From positions 384,001 through 448,000 of the forward strand of contig CAWCTR010000007.1 of NCBI GenBank assembly GCA_963798485.1: DNA of 64,000 nt, given 5' to 3'. Origin of the DNA: an uncultured delta proteobacterium (GTDB lineage Bacteria > Desulfobacterota > Desulfomonilia > UBA1062). The notes beneath the pieces are model-generated. The model was not told where the DNA came from, searched no databases, and worked only from the letters and a program-made list of their open reading frames with translations. Below are positions 39,757 through 50,600 of the stretch, in pieces. Every line of letters starts with the position of its first letter. Positions within the stretch are counted from its first letter, which is position 1. Both the position numbers and the translations under genes were made by a program.

Positions 39757-41763
39757 ATGATAATAGAGTTTGTCCGCCATTTTCTGATCATAGCACTAAT
39801 ATCCCTGACACTACTTGCCATAGCATTCAGTTTTTTCTCTCAATTCGTCCTGCCTGCCATGCGCCTCAGGAAAGACCTTCAGGCGACCATCGAGCGGATC
39901 AGGCGCTTAAAGGCGGCCTCCAAGGGTAAGGTAACCGACCTTGAGGAGATCTCGCAGGAGATACTGACAAGTGAAAGGTTGCGCCACCCCTGGCAGGAGT
40001 ATCGCGAAACGCTCCATGAACAACAGTTCGCTGATCCCTCCGGTCATGGCAAGTCGGTACGGTGGCGTTCCACAACCCTGGCTGAGACCTTTTTCTCCGA
40101 TCAGGCCCTTGTAGATACCCCGTTGAAGACCGCTTTCTACAAGCATCTGCCCGGGATACTCACCGGGCTCGGCATCATCGGCACGTTCTCGGGCCTCATC
40201 GTAGGCCTGATCAGGTTCGAGGTGTCAGGCGATGCGGACAAGGTGCGTGCGAGCCTGAACGGGCTCATACAGAGCGTGGGGTATTCCTTTGTCGTATCCG
40301 CAACGGCTATCACCCTTGCCATGATCTTTATCTGGGTTGAGAAATCACTCGTTACGGTGTGCTACCGTCACGTCGAGAACCTATGCCAGCTCATAGACAG
40401 CCTCTTCGATACCGGGGCCGGGGAGGAGTATCTGGCGCGCCTCGTGGTTGCCTCGGAGACTTCGGCAGAGCTCACACAGAAGATAAAGGATTCCCTGGTA
40501 GGCGACCTCAGACAGGTCTTCACCGAGCTCGCCACGCAGCAGATGAAGGCCTCGGCCCTGCTTAATAAAAATCTCTCCGTAACCATCGCCCAAGGTATAA
40601 CCAAGAGCATAGAAGCACCCATGGAGCGTATCTCCATGGCCGTTGAGAAGGCAAGCACTAACCAGGGCGATGCGGTGAACAAGGTACTCTCCGATGTCTT
40701 GGCAAGCTTTTCGTCACAGATGCAAGGCCTGTTCGGCAATCAGTTCCATGAAATGGGCGACATCCTTAAAGGAACCGCAACAGCCATCCAGTCGGCTGCC
40801 TTGCAGGTGACCAGGTGCGTTGAAACCATGCAGGCCACGGGAAAAGGAACGGAACAAGCCATGGCCGAACGCCTGAACAGTGCGGTCAATTCGCTGGATG
40901 AACGTCAGAAGATCATGGACAGGTCCATGAGTGCCTTTGTAGAAAAGACTTCTCTGGTGAACACCTCCCAGACAGAGGCAACAAGGAATATGCAGTCGAT
41001 CCTTACCGACATCGGGGAGCGGATGGCGGGCATCGTTACCCAGATCGAGACACAGTCACGGCACACGGCAGAGGTGTATGAAGCACACCAGGGCGCTCTG
41101 GCAGAACAGACCATCTCCACAATGGGCGAGATAACGAACCAGCTCAGGACCCTTGCCAATGAGATGAGACAGGCAGGTGAAGTTACCCGTGACAGCGCGA
41201 CAAACCTGGCCTTCATCACCAAAGAATCGACAGGGCTGTTCAATGCAGGTGCACAGGCCCTGCAGGTCTCTTTCAAAGACTTTTCAAAGGCCTCCGGTAT
41301 GGTGAGCACGAGCATGCAGGCGATACAGAAGGCATCAGTTGAGATCCAGGGCGCCTCATCCAACCTCGCACAGGTAACAAACGGGGTAAAGGATATGATG
41401 GATGAACACAGGCGCACGAGCGATATTTTTGCAACTATTGTCTCGGATCTCAGGTCCACCATTGAGAATGCCCGGCACGAGGCGTCCATGACCACCCAGA
41501 TCGTTGCGCGGATACAGAAGGCAACCGAGCAGCTCGGCATAGCCCAGAACAAGGCGGAGGAATATCTCCATGGGCTGACTGATGTGCTGGCCCAGGCGCA
41601 TGCCGAGTTCGCCGGAAATATCGAACTGACGCTCCGGAAGAGCAATACCCAGTTCCATGAAGAGCTCTCCAGGGCCGTATCGCTGGTCTCAGGGGCAATT
41701 CAGGATTTCGGGGATGTCCTCGACTCGGCCTCGGACAAGGGTGAAAAGAAATGCTGGGTCTAA
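39757..41763 (+). CDS. zorA: Zorya ZorA-like motor subunit
   Basis: MotA/TolQ-like PGILTGLGIIGTFSGL TM region plus a long helical tail. Confidence 0.85.
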   Translation: MIIEFVRHFLIIALISLTLLAIAFSFFSQFVLPAMRLRKDLQATIERIRRLKAASKGKVTDLEEISQEILTSERLRHPWQEYRETLHEQQFADPSGHGKSVRWRSTTLAETFFSDQALVDTPLKTAFYKHLPGILTGLGIIGTFSGLIVGLIRFEVSGDADKVRASLNGLIQSVGYSFVVSATAITLAMIFIWVEKSLVTVCYRHVENLCQLIDSLFDTGAGEEYLARLVVASETSAELTQKIKDSLVGDLRQVFTELATQQMKASALLNKNLSVTIAQGITKSIEAPMERISMAVEKASTNQGDAVNKVLSDVLASFSSQMQGLFGNQFHEMGDILKGTATAIQSAALQVTRCVETMQATGKGTEQAMAERLNSAVNSLDERQKIMDRSMSAFVEKTSLVNTSQTEATRNMQSILTDIGERMAGIVTQIETQSRHTAEVYEAHQGALAEQTISTMGEITNQLRTLANEMRQAGEVTRDSATNLAFITKESTGLFNAGAQALQVSFKDFSKASGMVSTSMQAIQKASVEIQGASSNLAQVTNGVKDMMDEHRRTSDIFATIVSDLRSTIENARHEASMTTQIVARIQKATEQLGIAQNKAEEYLHGLTDVLAQAHAEFAGNIELTLRKSNTQFHEELSRAVSLVSGAIQDFGDVLDSASDKGEKKCWV

Positions 41764-42452
41764 GGCTTCCCTATCGTCGTTCCACACAAGACGAGGCGGA
41801 AAAGCCCTTCTGGATATCGTTTTCCGATATGATGACGGCGCTCATGGTGCTTTTTCTGGTGGTCATGACCGTGACGCTCCTTGCGATCACCCATACGATC
41901 TCACAGGCCGAGCGCATGAAGACAGTAAGGGATGCAGAGATCAACAAGCTCATGGCCAAGATACGGGAGGCTTCACAAGATTTCCCCGGCATCACCCTTA
42001 AGGGCAGTACCATCGACTTCGGCGACCAAGCCCGCTTCGACACCGACAGCTACCGCCTTAACCGTGAGCAGGCGCAGCATTTAAGGGCCTTTGTGCCCAG
42101 TGTATTGAAGATAGCCCGGGATCCTTTGGGCAAAAAGTGGCTGAAGCGGGTCGTGGTGGAAGGATACGCAGACCAGCGGGGGACGTATCTGCATAACCTC
42201 GACCTGAGCATGCAGCGTTCCGAAAGGGTGTTGTGCGCCTTACTGGCAATGCCGGAACCTCAAGAGAAATCGCTGAGCCCAGAAGACCGGCTGCTCATAG
42301 AGCAGCTCTTCCTGGTCGGTGGGGCATCGTTCAATTCTTTGAAGAAAACCCTGGAAGAGAGCAGGCGGATAGAGCTGAAACTGGAATTCCTAGAGATGGG
42401 AGAAACCAGACCCATGGCGCCTCCTATAAAACTGGCTGCAGACCAGTACTGA
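41751..42452 (+). CDS. zorB: Zorya ZorB-like (MotB/OmpA) subunit
   Basis: FWISFSDMMTALM with the conserved Asp; VEGYAD, NLDLS..R, SRRIE. Confidence 0.87.
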   Translation: MLGLRLPYRRSTQDEAEKPFWISFSDMMTALMVLFLVVMTVTLLAITHTISQAERMKTVRDAEINKLMAKIREASQDFPGITLKGSTIDFGDQARFDTDSYRLNREQAQHLRAFVPSVLKIARDPLGKKWLKRVVVEGYADQRGTYLHNLDLSMQRSERVLCALLAMPEPQEKSLSPEDRLLIEQLFLVGGASFNSLKKTLEESRRIELKLEFLEMGETRPMAPPIKLAADQY

Positions 42453-42466
42453 GAGCTCGATTGACC

Positions 42467-43879
42467 ATGAACGCACTCGATTTATTACGTTTCAAGCTGC
42501 ATCAATCGTTTTCTGCTGCTTTTCATGATGCAACGTGGGGACAGCCAGAACTTATGAGCAAGGTCCTTCAAGAGGTGTGCTGTGCATTTGATACCTCCGC
42601 AGATACCACCTCAAAAAGGTCCATCGGTCATACCCTGTTGTCTTTTCGCGCCTCTGCCAAGCTGCCCACATTTCTAGATCTGAAATATGCGTGCATAGGC
42701 ATTTCCCAGCCGGCTGGAGACGATGGCTGGTGTTTGCTGGAAGATAAGGACCTCTTCGAAATAGTACTGGAGGGCGTAGGCGCCCAGGCGCATAATCCCA
42801 GACGCTTGAGGAAGTGCTACCAGGGCCTTCTGAACGGGTATTTCGACTACAATATATTTGATGTTGGCGTCCCGGAGCAGGGCCGGAAGAATTGGCTGAG
42901 CCTGCGTTCCTTTCTCCATGATCATTTGAGTGTAATTCAGCGGTCCGTGCCCGTGCTCAGCTGGGTAAAGGTTATCGTCAGCCACATAAACCTGCTTGGC
43001 GATAACCCGTGCGACCGCTATGGCGCGGCACTGGCACAGGGCGACTACACGGAATTGAAATCGGTATTCAAGGGCCTCCTCATCCCTAAGAATTCGTGGA
43101 TCTGGGAGGTCATAGTCCTGGCGCGCATCAGGGCCATATGCAGTTTCACGGATGAAGAATTCAAGGAACAGCTTGCACCGTCTCTCGTCATGGCAACCCA
43201 AAACTCGGGCATTCTACTCTCCGAGATACTGAAAAAGAAATGTCTCGCGCAGCTCATAGGCCGTTATGCACGGTGTGCAACAAGACCGGAAAATGCCTTG
43301 CTTTGTGATTCAGCTATAACAATACTGGGAAACCCATGGGTCAACCGGGCGGCATGGGATGCACATGTACACGATGATATCGCGAGAACCATGATCGAGA
43401 GCTGGCTGAAACGCCGGTTGATCACTGATTATTTCCACCTGCTCAGCCGGGACAGATCGGTGGATATGAAGCGCCTTAAGTACTGGCTGCATTTCATCCC
43501 CAAGATAGAAGACATGTGGTTTGCGCTGGGTCCCTATGCATTGAACCACCCCGGGGCGGTCTTCAAAGATTTCCGGGAGATAGCAAAAGACCGCATCCTG
43601 GCGCTTGAAAGCCCGGGCGGTGATGAAGACAACGCACTCATCATGCGTATTGACGACTATGTCTTTGTGGAGTTCGGCTCAACAGAAAACTCCTGTCTGG
43701 TCTTCAAGAGCAACGACCTGCCGTTTGATCTGGACAAGAAGTGGATCTATATCGGCGCCAAAGCAGGTTCAGGGCTGCCTCACAGGCTTAAGATGAAGCA
43801 TTCGTTGCGAAAAAACAGCACCCTCACACATCCCATAGCCGACCCGTCAACGAGGGGCACCAATAAAAGATTCACCTAA
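42467..43879 (+). CDS. zorC: Zorya ZorC-like EH-signature protein
   Basis: LGNPW, RLKYW, NALIMRI..YVFVEF; follows zorAB; start reassigned to MNAL. Confidence 0.75.
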   Translation: MNALDLLRFKLHQSFSAAFHDATWGQPELMSKVLQEVCCAFDTSADTTSKRSIGHTLLSFRASAKLPTFLDLKYACIGISQPAGDDGWCLLEDKDLFEIVLEGVGAQAHNPRRLRKCYQGLLNGYFDYNIFDVGVPEQGRKNWLSLRSFLHDHLSVIQRSVPVLSWVKVIVSHINLLGDNPCDRYGAALAQGDYTELKSVFKGLLIPKNSWIWEVIVLARIRAICSFTDEEFKEQLAPSLVMATQNSGILLSEILKKKCLAQLIGRYARCATRPENALLCDSAITILGNPWVNRAAWDAHVHDDIARTMIESWLKRRLITDYFHLLSRDRSVDMKRLKYWLHFIPKIEDMWFALGPYALNHPGAVFKDFREIAKDRILALESPGGDEDNALIMRIDDYVFVEFGSTENSCLVFKSNDLPFDLDKKWIYIGAKAGSGLPHRLKMKHSLRKNSTLTHPIADPSTRGTNKRFT

Positions 43880-44125
43880 ACGGAAATATTGATCAGTCCC
43901 GGTATCTTGTTTGCGCTGATACTCACGTTTCCCTGCTGGTTGTATTGGGTGACAGCCTGCAGCTTGTTTGTTGAATTATATGTCAAGTTTCAAGACACCT
44001 CACTCTTCCTTGAATGGAACCTTCGGGTGCCGTATAACCAGGCATCTTGACAAAGGCCTGAGGCTGCTTATCATAAGCTGCGTATTTCCGGTTGAATATG
44101 GATTACACCGCTAGGAGGGTCGATC

Positions 44126-44995
44126 ATGCAAAACCACCAACTTGCCACTGTCATAATACCACTGCCAAACCACGATTTCGATCCGACAGAGGCAGCGGTG
44201 AGCTGGAAGGTCCTCAAAGGGTACGGCCACAGGGTCCTCTTTGCAACCCCTGATGGGAACAGGGCTTATGGAGACCCCCACATGCTCACCGGTGAAGGGC
44301 TCGACCTGTGGGGTTTTATCCCTGGGCTGAAGAAAATCAGGATGCTCGGTCTTATGCTGCGGGCTAACGCTGAGGCACGTAAGGCCTATGCGATGATGGA
44401 GCAAGACCCTGATTTCCTCAAACCGATGTCATATCAGGACCTGGAAACCGATTTATTTGACGGCTTACTTTTACCAGGTGGTCACTATGCCCGCGGCATG
44501 AGGCGTTATCTGGAAGCCCCGATCCTCCATGCCTTTGTCGGTGCCTTCTTCGATAGTGCAAAACCCGTGGGCGCTATCTGCCACGGCGTGGTAGTTGCCG
44601 CCCGCAGTCTTTCGCCAAAAACCGGCAAATCAGTGCTTTATGGCCGCAAGACCACTGCGCTCACCTGGCAATTGGAAAAAATGGCATGGTCGTTGATGCG
44701 TATTGCCGGCCGTATATGGGACCCGGATTATTATCGTACATATCCGGAAGAACCTGGAGAACCTGTGGGTTACCGGAGTGTACAGGCAGAGGTTACACGC
44801 GCCCTCGAACAGCCGGATGACTTCCTGGATGTGCCGAAAACCACACCGTACTATTTCCTTAAGACAAGCGGCATGTTCCGTGATTCGGATTCAGATGGCC
44901 GGCCTGCCTGGGTAGTAAAAGACGGATCATATGTTTCCGCACGATGGCCGGGTGACGTGCATGCATTTGCACGAACCTTCTCTTCAATCCTGTAA
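44126..44995 (+). CDS. DJ-1/PfpI family protein
   Basis: FDPTE, LPGGH, AICHG, SARWPGD. Confidence 0.9.
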   Translation: MQNHQLATVIIPLPNHDFDPTEAAVSWKVLKGYGHRVLFATPDGNRAYGDPHMLTGEGLDLWGFIPGLKKIRMLGLMLRANAEARKAYAMMEQDPDFLKPMSYQDLETDLFDGLLLPGGHYARGMRRYLEAPILHAFVGAFFDSAKPVGAICHGVVVAARSLSPKTGKSVLYGRKTTALTWQLEKMAWSLMRIAGRIWDPDYYRTYPEEPGEPVGYRSVQAEVTRALEQPDDFLDVPKTTPYYFLKTSGMFRDSDSDGRPAWVVKDGSYVSARWPGDVHAFARTFSSIL

Positions 44996-45034
44996 GGTCT
45001 ATTACCCAAAAAGTGAATCATAACATATTCAAAA

Positions 45035-45114
45035 AAGAGATTCTTCACTTCGTTCAGAATGACATGAATTATTATGAGATAGGGTGTCATCCTGAGCGCA
45101 GCGAAGGATCTCTT
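45035..45114. repeat. REP-like inverted doublet between convergent genes
   Basis: GAGATTCTTCACTTCGTTCAGAATGACA ... TGTCATCCTGAGCGCAGCGAAGGATCTC. Confidence 0.8.
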
Positions 45115-45164
45115 AGTCTTCGTATCCTTTGAGCAACAACCGTTAAAGAGCTGACCCGCCCCTG

Positions 45165-45353
45165 TTATGCCGCCCTTTCATGGAAAAAGCGCATCAGGAA
45201 CTCCGCATCGGACGGGGAAAGGTTGAATTCAAAGATAGCCTGATTCAAAAGTTTCTGGACCGGCCGGCCGGCGTTATTCTCAAGATGCCCTGATATCCAC
45301 TTTATGGCATTCTTTATTTCTTCTCTCTCATATCTTTCAGTTATCGTTTTCAT
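45165..45353 (-). CDS. Small hypothetical protein
   Basis: GAGG RBS; IKNAIKWIS...FNLSPSDAEFL. Confidence 0.65.
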   Translation of the reverse strand: MKTITERYEREEIKNAIKWISGHLENNAGRPVQKLLNQAIFEFNLSPSDAEFLMRFFHERAA

Positions 45354-45452
45354 AACAATACCTCGCTTTGAGTATGTCATTCATATCTCTCAATTAGTTT
45401 CTCTCTATTTTGGATGATCTCTTCATGGAAGAGATGCATCTGAGGGACTATT

Positions 45453-46226
45453 TCAGCCGAGAAAACCGAAGTACCAGTCAATGATTTGTTGGCCCCAGAA
45501 CACGTAGATCAGGGCGCCAAGGGCCAAAAACGGCCCGAAGGGGATGGCGGCCTTGAGGGTACCTTTCTTGATGAGACCGTAGGGGATGCCCACTATGGTT
45601 CCCATGAGCGATGAGGCAAACACCGTGAAGAGAACGCCCTGCCAGCCCGTGAAGACCCCGATCATGGCGAGCAGCTTCACATCGCCGCCGCCCATGCCCT
45701 CTTTCTTGGTGAGAAAATAATAACCATAGATGATTGCCAGGAGCAACCCACCCCCTAAGACGAGCCCGAAAAGGGCGTCTTTGTAGGTCACGGGCAGCCA
45801 GTATACGACCAGGAGCCCCGCTACGATGCCGCCAAGCGACAGCCTGTCAGGGATGATCTGGATATCGAGGTCAATGAAGGTGATAATGAGCAGGACGCAG
45901 GTCCAGAGGTAATAGATCAGGAAGGGGACACTCGGGCCGAACCGGTACAGCAGGCTCACCGCGAGCAGGCCGCTTAGGAGCTCCACCACCGGATACCGGA
46001 CCGATATGGGCTCGGAGCAATTCCTGCACTTACCCTTTAAGATGAGATAGCTGATAACGGGTATGTTATCCCAGGGTTTGATGGGGGTCCCGCACTTCGG
46101 GCAGTGTGATGCCGGCCACACCACGGACTCATCGCGCGCGATCCTGTATATGCATACATTGAGGAAACTCCCGATAAAGAGCCCGAAGAGCGCTGCGATG
46201 AATACCATATCAGCTCGTGAGCTCAC
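45453..46226 (-). CDS. pilD: Prepilin peptidase
   Basis: GSFLNV, two CxxC, GMGGGDVKL, IPFGPFL. Confidence 0.95.
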   Translation of the reverse strand: MSSRADMVFIAALFGLFIGSFLNVCIYRIARDESVVWPASHCPKCGTPIKPWDNIPVISYLILKGKCRNCSEPISVRYPVVELLSGLLAVSLLYRFGPSVPFLIYYLWTCVLLIITFIDLDIQIIPDRLSLGGIVAGLLVVYWLPVTYKDALFGLVLGGGLLLAIIYGYYFLTKKEGMGGGDVKLLAMIGVFTGWQGVLFTVFASSLMGTIVGIPYGLIKKGTLKAAIPFGPFLALGALIYVFWGQQIIDWYFGFLG

Positions 46227-46635
46227 CCCTCTTGAAGCGGAGCACCTCCCCGTACAGGGTGGAAGATACCTCGTTCATGATGCCTTTGATCGGGTCGTTA
46301 TCCGCTATGAAGGATGCGGCGTTATCCACCTTGGTCTTCATGGCATCAAGCTGGTCCACCATGGGTGAGAGGGCCTTGAGGTTCATATTCGGATCGGATA
46401 CGGCCTTTGAATAGCGCTCAAGGAGCTCAACGGCTTCTTCACTGGCGCTCACCGCACTGAGCTTGACCGGGCTGACCGGGTTCATCTGAAGCTGGGTTCC
46501 AACCGATCCGGCATTGTTCACAGACCCGGTTTCAATCCCTTTGAGGAGGTCTTCAAAAACCCCGCCTCCTCCACCTTGAGGTTTTGTCTGGGGCACTGGA
46601 ACAGAACCTATAGTCATATTCGGATTAATCTTCAT
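46210..46635 (-). CDS. Hypothetical protein
   Basis: AGGAGG RBS; ends RFKRGEL; overlaps the pilD start region. Confidence 0.7.
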   Translation of the reverse strand: MKINPNMTIGSVPVPQTKPQGGGGGVFEDLLKGIETGSVNNAGSVGTQLQMNPVSPVKLSAVSASEEAVELLERYSKAVSDPNMNLKALSPMVDQLDAMKTKVDNAASFIADNDPIKGIMNEVSSTLYGEVLRFKRGELTS

Positions 46636-46758
46636 ACATGCCTCCTGGCCATAGGTAAGCAAGGAAGATGCCAGATCCCTTTTCCCTGGCCATCACCACA
46701 AAGGCGTAACGTAAACGGGAATTTTATTCCATCTTGAAGGGAAAAATAATCCATGCCT

Positions 46759-47691
46759 TCACGACGGAGGTACGAGCCTCTGGATGAATGCCGAGCGTGC
46801 CTTGAGGACCTCATCAATGGGCATCTTGACAAGCTCGTGCACGTACCCACGCACTGCCTTACAAACCTCCTCGATGACGCGGACCGGGTCATTGTGCGCC
46901 CCGCCTGTCGGTTCCTTGACGAGATAGTCCACAATGCCATAGCTGAAGAGGTCCCGGCCGCTGCCTCGCAGGGTCTCTGCGGCCTTCTCCTTCTTTGAGG
47001 AATCGCCATAGATGATGGAGGAAAATCCCTCGGGACTGATGGCACTGTAGAAAGAGTTCTCGAGCATGATGATCTTGTCGCCGAAGCCGATCGCCAGGGC
47101 GCCCCCTGATCCCGCCTCACCGATGATGCATGCCACTACCGGGGTCTTCACGCAGGCAACCATCTGGATGCACTGGGCAATGGAAAAGGCCTGGCCCCTG
47201 TCTTCCGCCTCGGGTACGGGGTATGCGCCGGGCGTGTCCACAAAGGTGATGACGGGCCTTTTGAATTTCTCGGCGAGCTTGAATAGCTTGATGGCCTTAT
47301 AGTGCCCTGAGGGGCTTGCCATGCCGTAGTGGTACCGCATGTAATCTTTCTTCCCCTCGGATCGTTTCTTGTGGCCTATGACCACTACGGGGATGTCGTC
47401 CAGAAATGCCAGCCCGCCCAAGACGGCAGGGTCGTCTTCATAGATACGGTCACCCTTGAGCTCGGTGAAGTCGGTGAAGAGGTGCGCAATGAATTCATCG
47501 ATACCGGGCCGGTCCGAATGCCTTGAAAGCTCTACACTGCTCCAGCGGGAAATGCCCTCGTAGAGCTCTTTCCTGAAGACCTCCACCTTTCGTTCGATCT
47601 CGGTGATATCGACGCCCTCGAGCTTTGATATGGATTCCTGCAGCCCTTTTAGGGCATTGTCGATGTCAATGAACTTCTCTTTTGATTTCAC
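46759..47691 (-). CDS. accA: Acetyl-CoA carboxylase carboxyltransferase alpha
   Basis: LKGDR, DTPGAYP, AEDRGQ, GSGGALA, EPTGGAH. Confidence 0.93.
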   Translation of the reverse strand: MKSKEKFIDIDNALKGLQESISKLEGVDITEIERKVEVFRKELYEGISRWSSVELSRHSDRPGIDEFIAHLFTDFTELKGDRIYEDDPAVLGGLAFLDDIPVVVIGHKKRSEGKKDYMRYHYGMASPSGHYKAIKLFKLAEKFKRPVITFVDTPGAYPVPEAEDRGQAFSIAQCIQMVACVKTPVVACIIGEAGSGGALAIGFGDKIIMLENSFYSAISPEGFSSIIYGDSSKKEKAAETLRGSGRDLFSYGIVDYLVKEPTGGAHNDPVRVIEEVCKAVRGYVHELVKMPIDEVLKARSAFIQRLVPPS

Positions 47692-50600
47692 TGGAGTTCA
47701 ACCCCCTTTGCGCCTACGATTTCGGAGAGTCTGTAGAGGAAATCCCTCACCGGTGAGACCATATATTCCTTTCCTGCGTCGATATTGACGAATGCGGCAT
47801 CGGTTTCCACCTCAAAACAAAGCGAGCACGACCCTTTGCTGCCCATGACCGCCATCTTCAGCGCACCCAGTGCCTCACCCTTCAAGGTCGAGGGCACCCG
47901 GACGATAATTCGCTTTGCCAGCACCATCTCGGCACCATCGAGCGGCATGACCTCCTCGGCTACGAGGTCAATACTCTGCACGTCCGACTCCCCGGCACCG
48001 TTTTCCTCATTCCGGTTGATCCTTGCCTTTATAATCACTGGTTCATCAGAGGCAATCAATGCCTGATACTTGCCATAACACTGGGGGAAAAAGAGGATCG
48101 CAGCCGATCCATCAAGGTCTTCGAACACGCCCCGTGCCATGGCCTCACCCTTCTTGGTCCTGGTCACGTTTATCGCACTTATGACACCGGCGAGCACCAC
48201 TGAATTGGGGGCGTCCCTGAGCGTCAAGGTCGTGGCCGTGGCGTACTTGTCGATGAGGTCCGCGTACTTGTTCAGCGGGTGTCCCGAAAGGTAGAACCCC
48301 ATCCCGTCCTTTTCCATCTTGAGCCTTTCAGCCTCAGGCCAGTCGGGGATGTCGGGCATGACAAAAGGCTTGCTGATATCGACCTCAGAGAATTCCTCGA
48401 GACTGAACAAGGTGCACTGGGCGTCATTCCTGCTGCGCGCTAACCGCTGGGCCTGGTCAAGGAGGGCGTCGAGCACCTCGAACATGGCCCTGCGATTTGT
48501 GTGCAGCCTGTCGAATGCGCCTGCCTTGATGAGTGATTCAACTACCCGCCTGTTTACCTTGGATAGCGCTATCCTGTTCAGGAACGAGGAGATATCCTTG
48601 AAGGGGCCGTTCGCGCAAAGTTCCGCAAGGACCGCCTCCACCGCCCCCCTTCCCACATTCTTGATGGCGCCAAGACCGAACCGGATTCCCTCTTGTGTGA
48701 CCACGAACTCGAAGCTGCTCTGGTTGATGTCCGGCGGCAGGACTGCAACACCACGCCTCCTGCATTCGGCAATATGCTGCGATACCTTGTCCGTATTGCT
48801 CAGGTCGAGCGTCAGGTTTGCGGCCATGAATTCCTTGAAGTGGTGCGCCTTCAGATAGGCGGTCTGGTAGGCCACCAGGGCGTATGCCGCTGCATGAGAC
48901 TTGTTGAACCCGTAATCGGCGAATTTTTCCATAAGATCGAAGATCTCAATGGCCTTGTCCTTGTCCACACCTCTTTCAACAGCACCTTCGGTAAAGATCT
49001 CGCGCTGCTTGGCCATCTCTTCGCGGATCTTCTTGCCCATGGCGCGCCTCAAAAGGTCGGCCTTGCCGAGCGAGTAGCCGGCCATCTCCTGGGCGATCTG
49101 CATAACCTGCTCCTGGTAGACGATGATGCCGTAGGTCTCTTTCAGGATCTTTTCCAGCAGAGGGTGGGGATAGTCGATGACCTGCCTTTCGTGCCTGCGA
49201 TCGACATAGGAAGGGATAAGGTCCATGGGTCCCGGACGATAGAGGGCCACTGCCGCGATGATGTCCTCGAACTTGTCGGGCTTGAGCTGCCTGAGCATAC
49301 CCTTCATGCCGGAGCTTTCAAGCTGGAACACGCTCGACGTGTCGCCATCGCCTATGAGCTGGTAGGTTGACCTGTCATCGAGGGGGATACCGGTGATATC
49401 AAGATTGATGCCTTGCGAGCGCAGGATCTCGATGGTCTTGGCGATTACCGTCAGCGTCTTGAGGCCCAGCATATCAAACTTGATGAGGCCGACCCTCTCG
49501 ATGCGCTTCATGTCGTACTGGCTGATGAGCATGCCCTTCTTGTCGACATACACAGGCACATGATCGGTTAAAGGCCTGTCATCCGAGATGATGACGCCGC
49601 CCGCATGCACCGATGCGTGCCTGCTTAAGCCCTCCAAAGCCTTGGCTATCTCTATGAGTTGGGCAACCGCCGGGTCCGTGTCCACAAGCTCTTTCAGCCT
49701 CGGCTCTGCCGAGACGGCCTCCTCGAGGGTGATGTTCAGGTCAGCCGGGATGAGCTTGGCGATCTTGTCCACCTCGGCATAGCCCATGCCCATGACCCGG
49801 CCAACATCCCTGATGACGGCCTTTGCCTTCATGTTTCCGAAGGTGGTGATCTGGCTCACGTATTCAGGGCCATACCTGTTCTTGACGTACTCGATCACCT
49901 CGTCCCTGCGGTTTTGGCAGAAGTCCACATCGATATCCGGCATGCTCCTGCGCTCAGGGTTTAAAAAACGCTCGAACAGGAGGTTCCACCTTATGGGGTC
50001 GATGTCGGTGATCTTGAGGCTGTAGGCAGCCAGCGACCCTGCTGCGCTGCCACGGCCGGGCCCTACCGGGATATCATGATCCTTGGCATACTGGATGTAA
50101 TCGGCCACAATGAGGAAGTAGCCGGCAAACCCCATGGATTTGATGATCTCGAGCTCTTCTGCGAGCCTCTTTCTATAGCCCTCGGGGATACTATCCCCCA
50201 TCCTCGCCTTCAGCCCCTCCCAGGACTTTTCCTCGATGACCTGCTCCAGGCTTTTATCAGCCCCTATGGGATAAACCGGGAAACAAAAGACATCCTTGGG
50301 GATCTCAATGTTACAGAGGCCGGCGATCTCGGAAGTAACATCCACTGCCTCGGGGACCCACGAAAAGCTTTTGGACATCTCGTCAGGGCTCTTGAGATAG
50401 AGCTGGTCGGTCTCGAAACTCATCCGCCCCTTGTCATGGATAGTGCTCTGGGTCTGGATGCATAGGAGGACCTCATGGGCCTTGGCATCAGAGCTCTTGA
50501 GATAATGGCAGTCGTTTGTGGCCGCAACAGGGACACCGTGACGCCTGCCCAGGTCTACGATTAATGGGTTGACCTTATCCTGGTCGGGTAGTTGGTTGTG

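Noticed and set aside
42233-42466. N-terminal extension of ZorC
   Set aside because: It overlaps zorB by about 220 bp; the ATG at 42467 fits the operon spacing.
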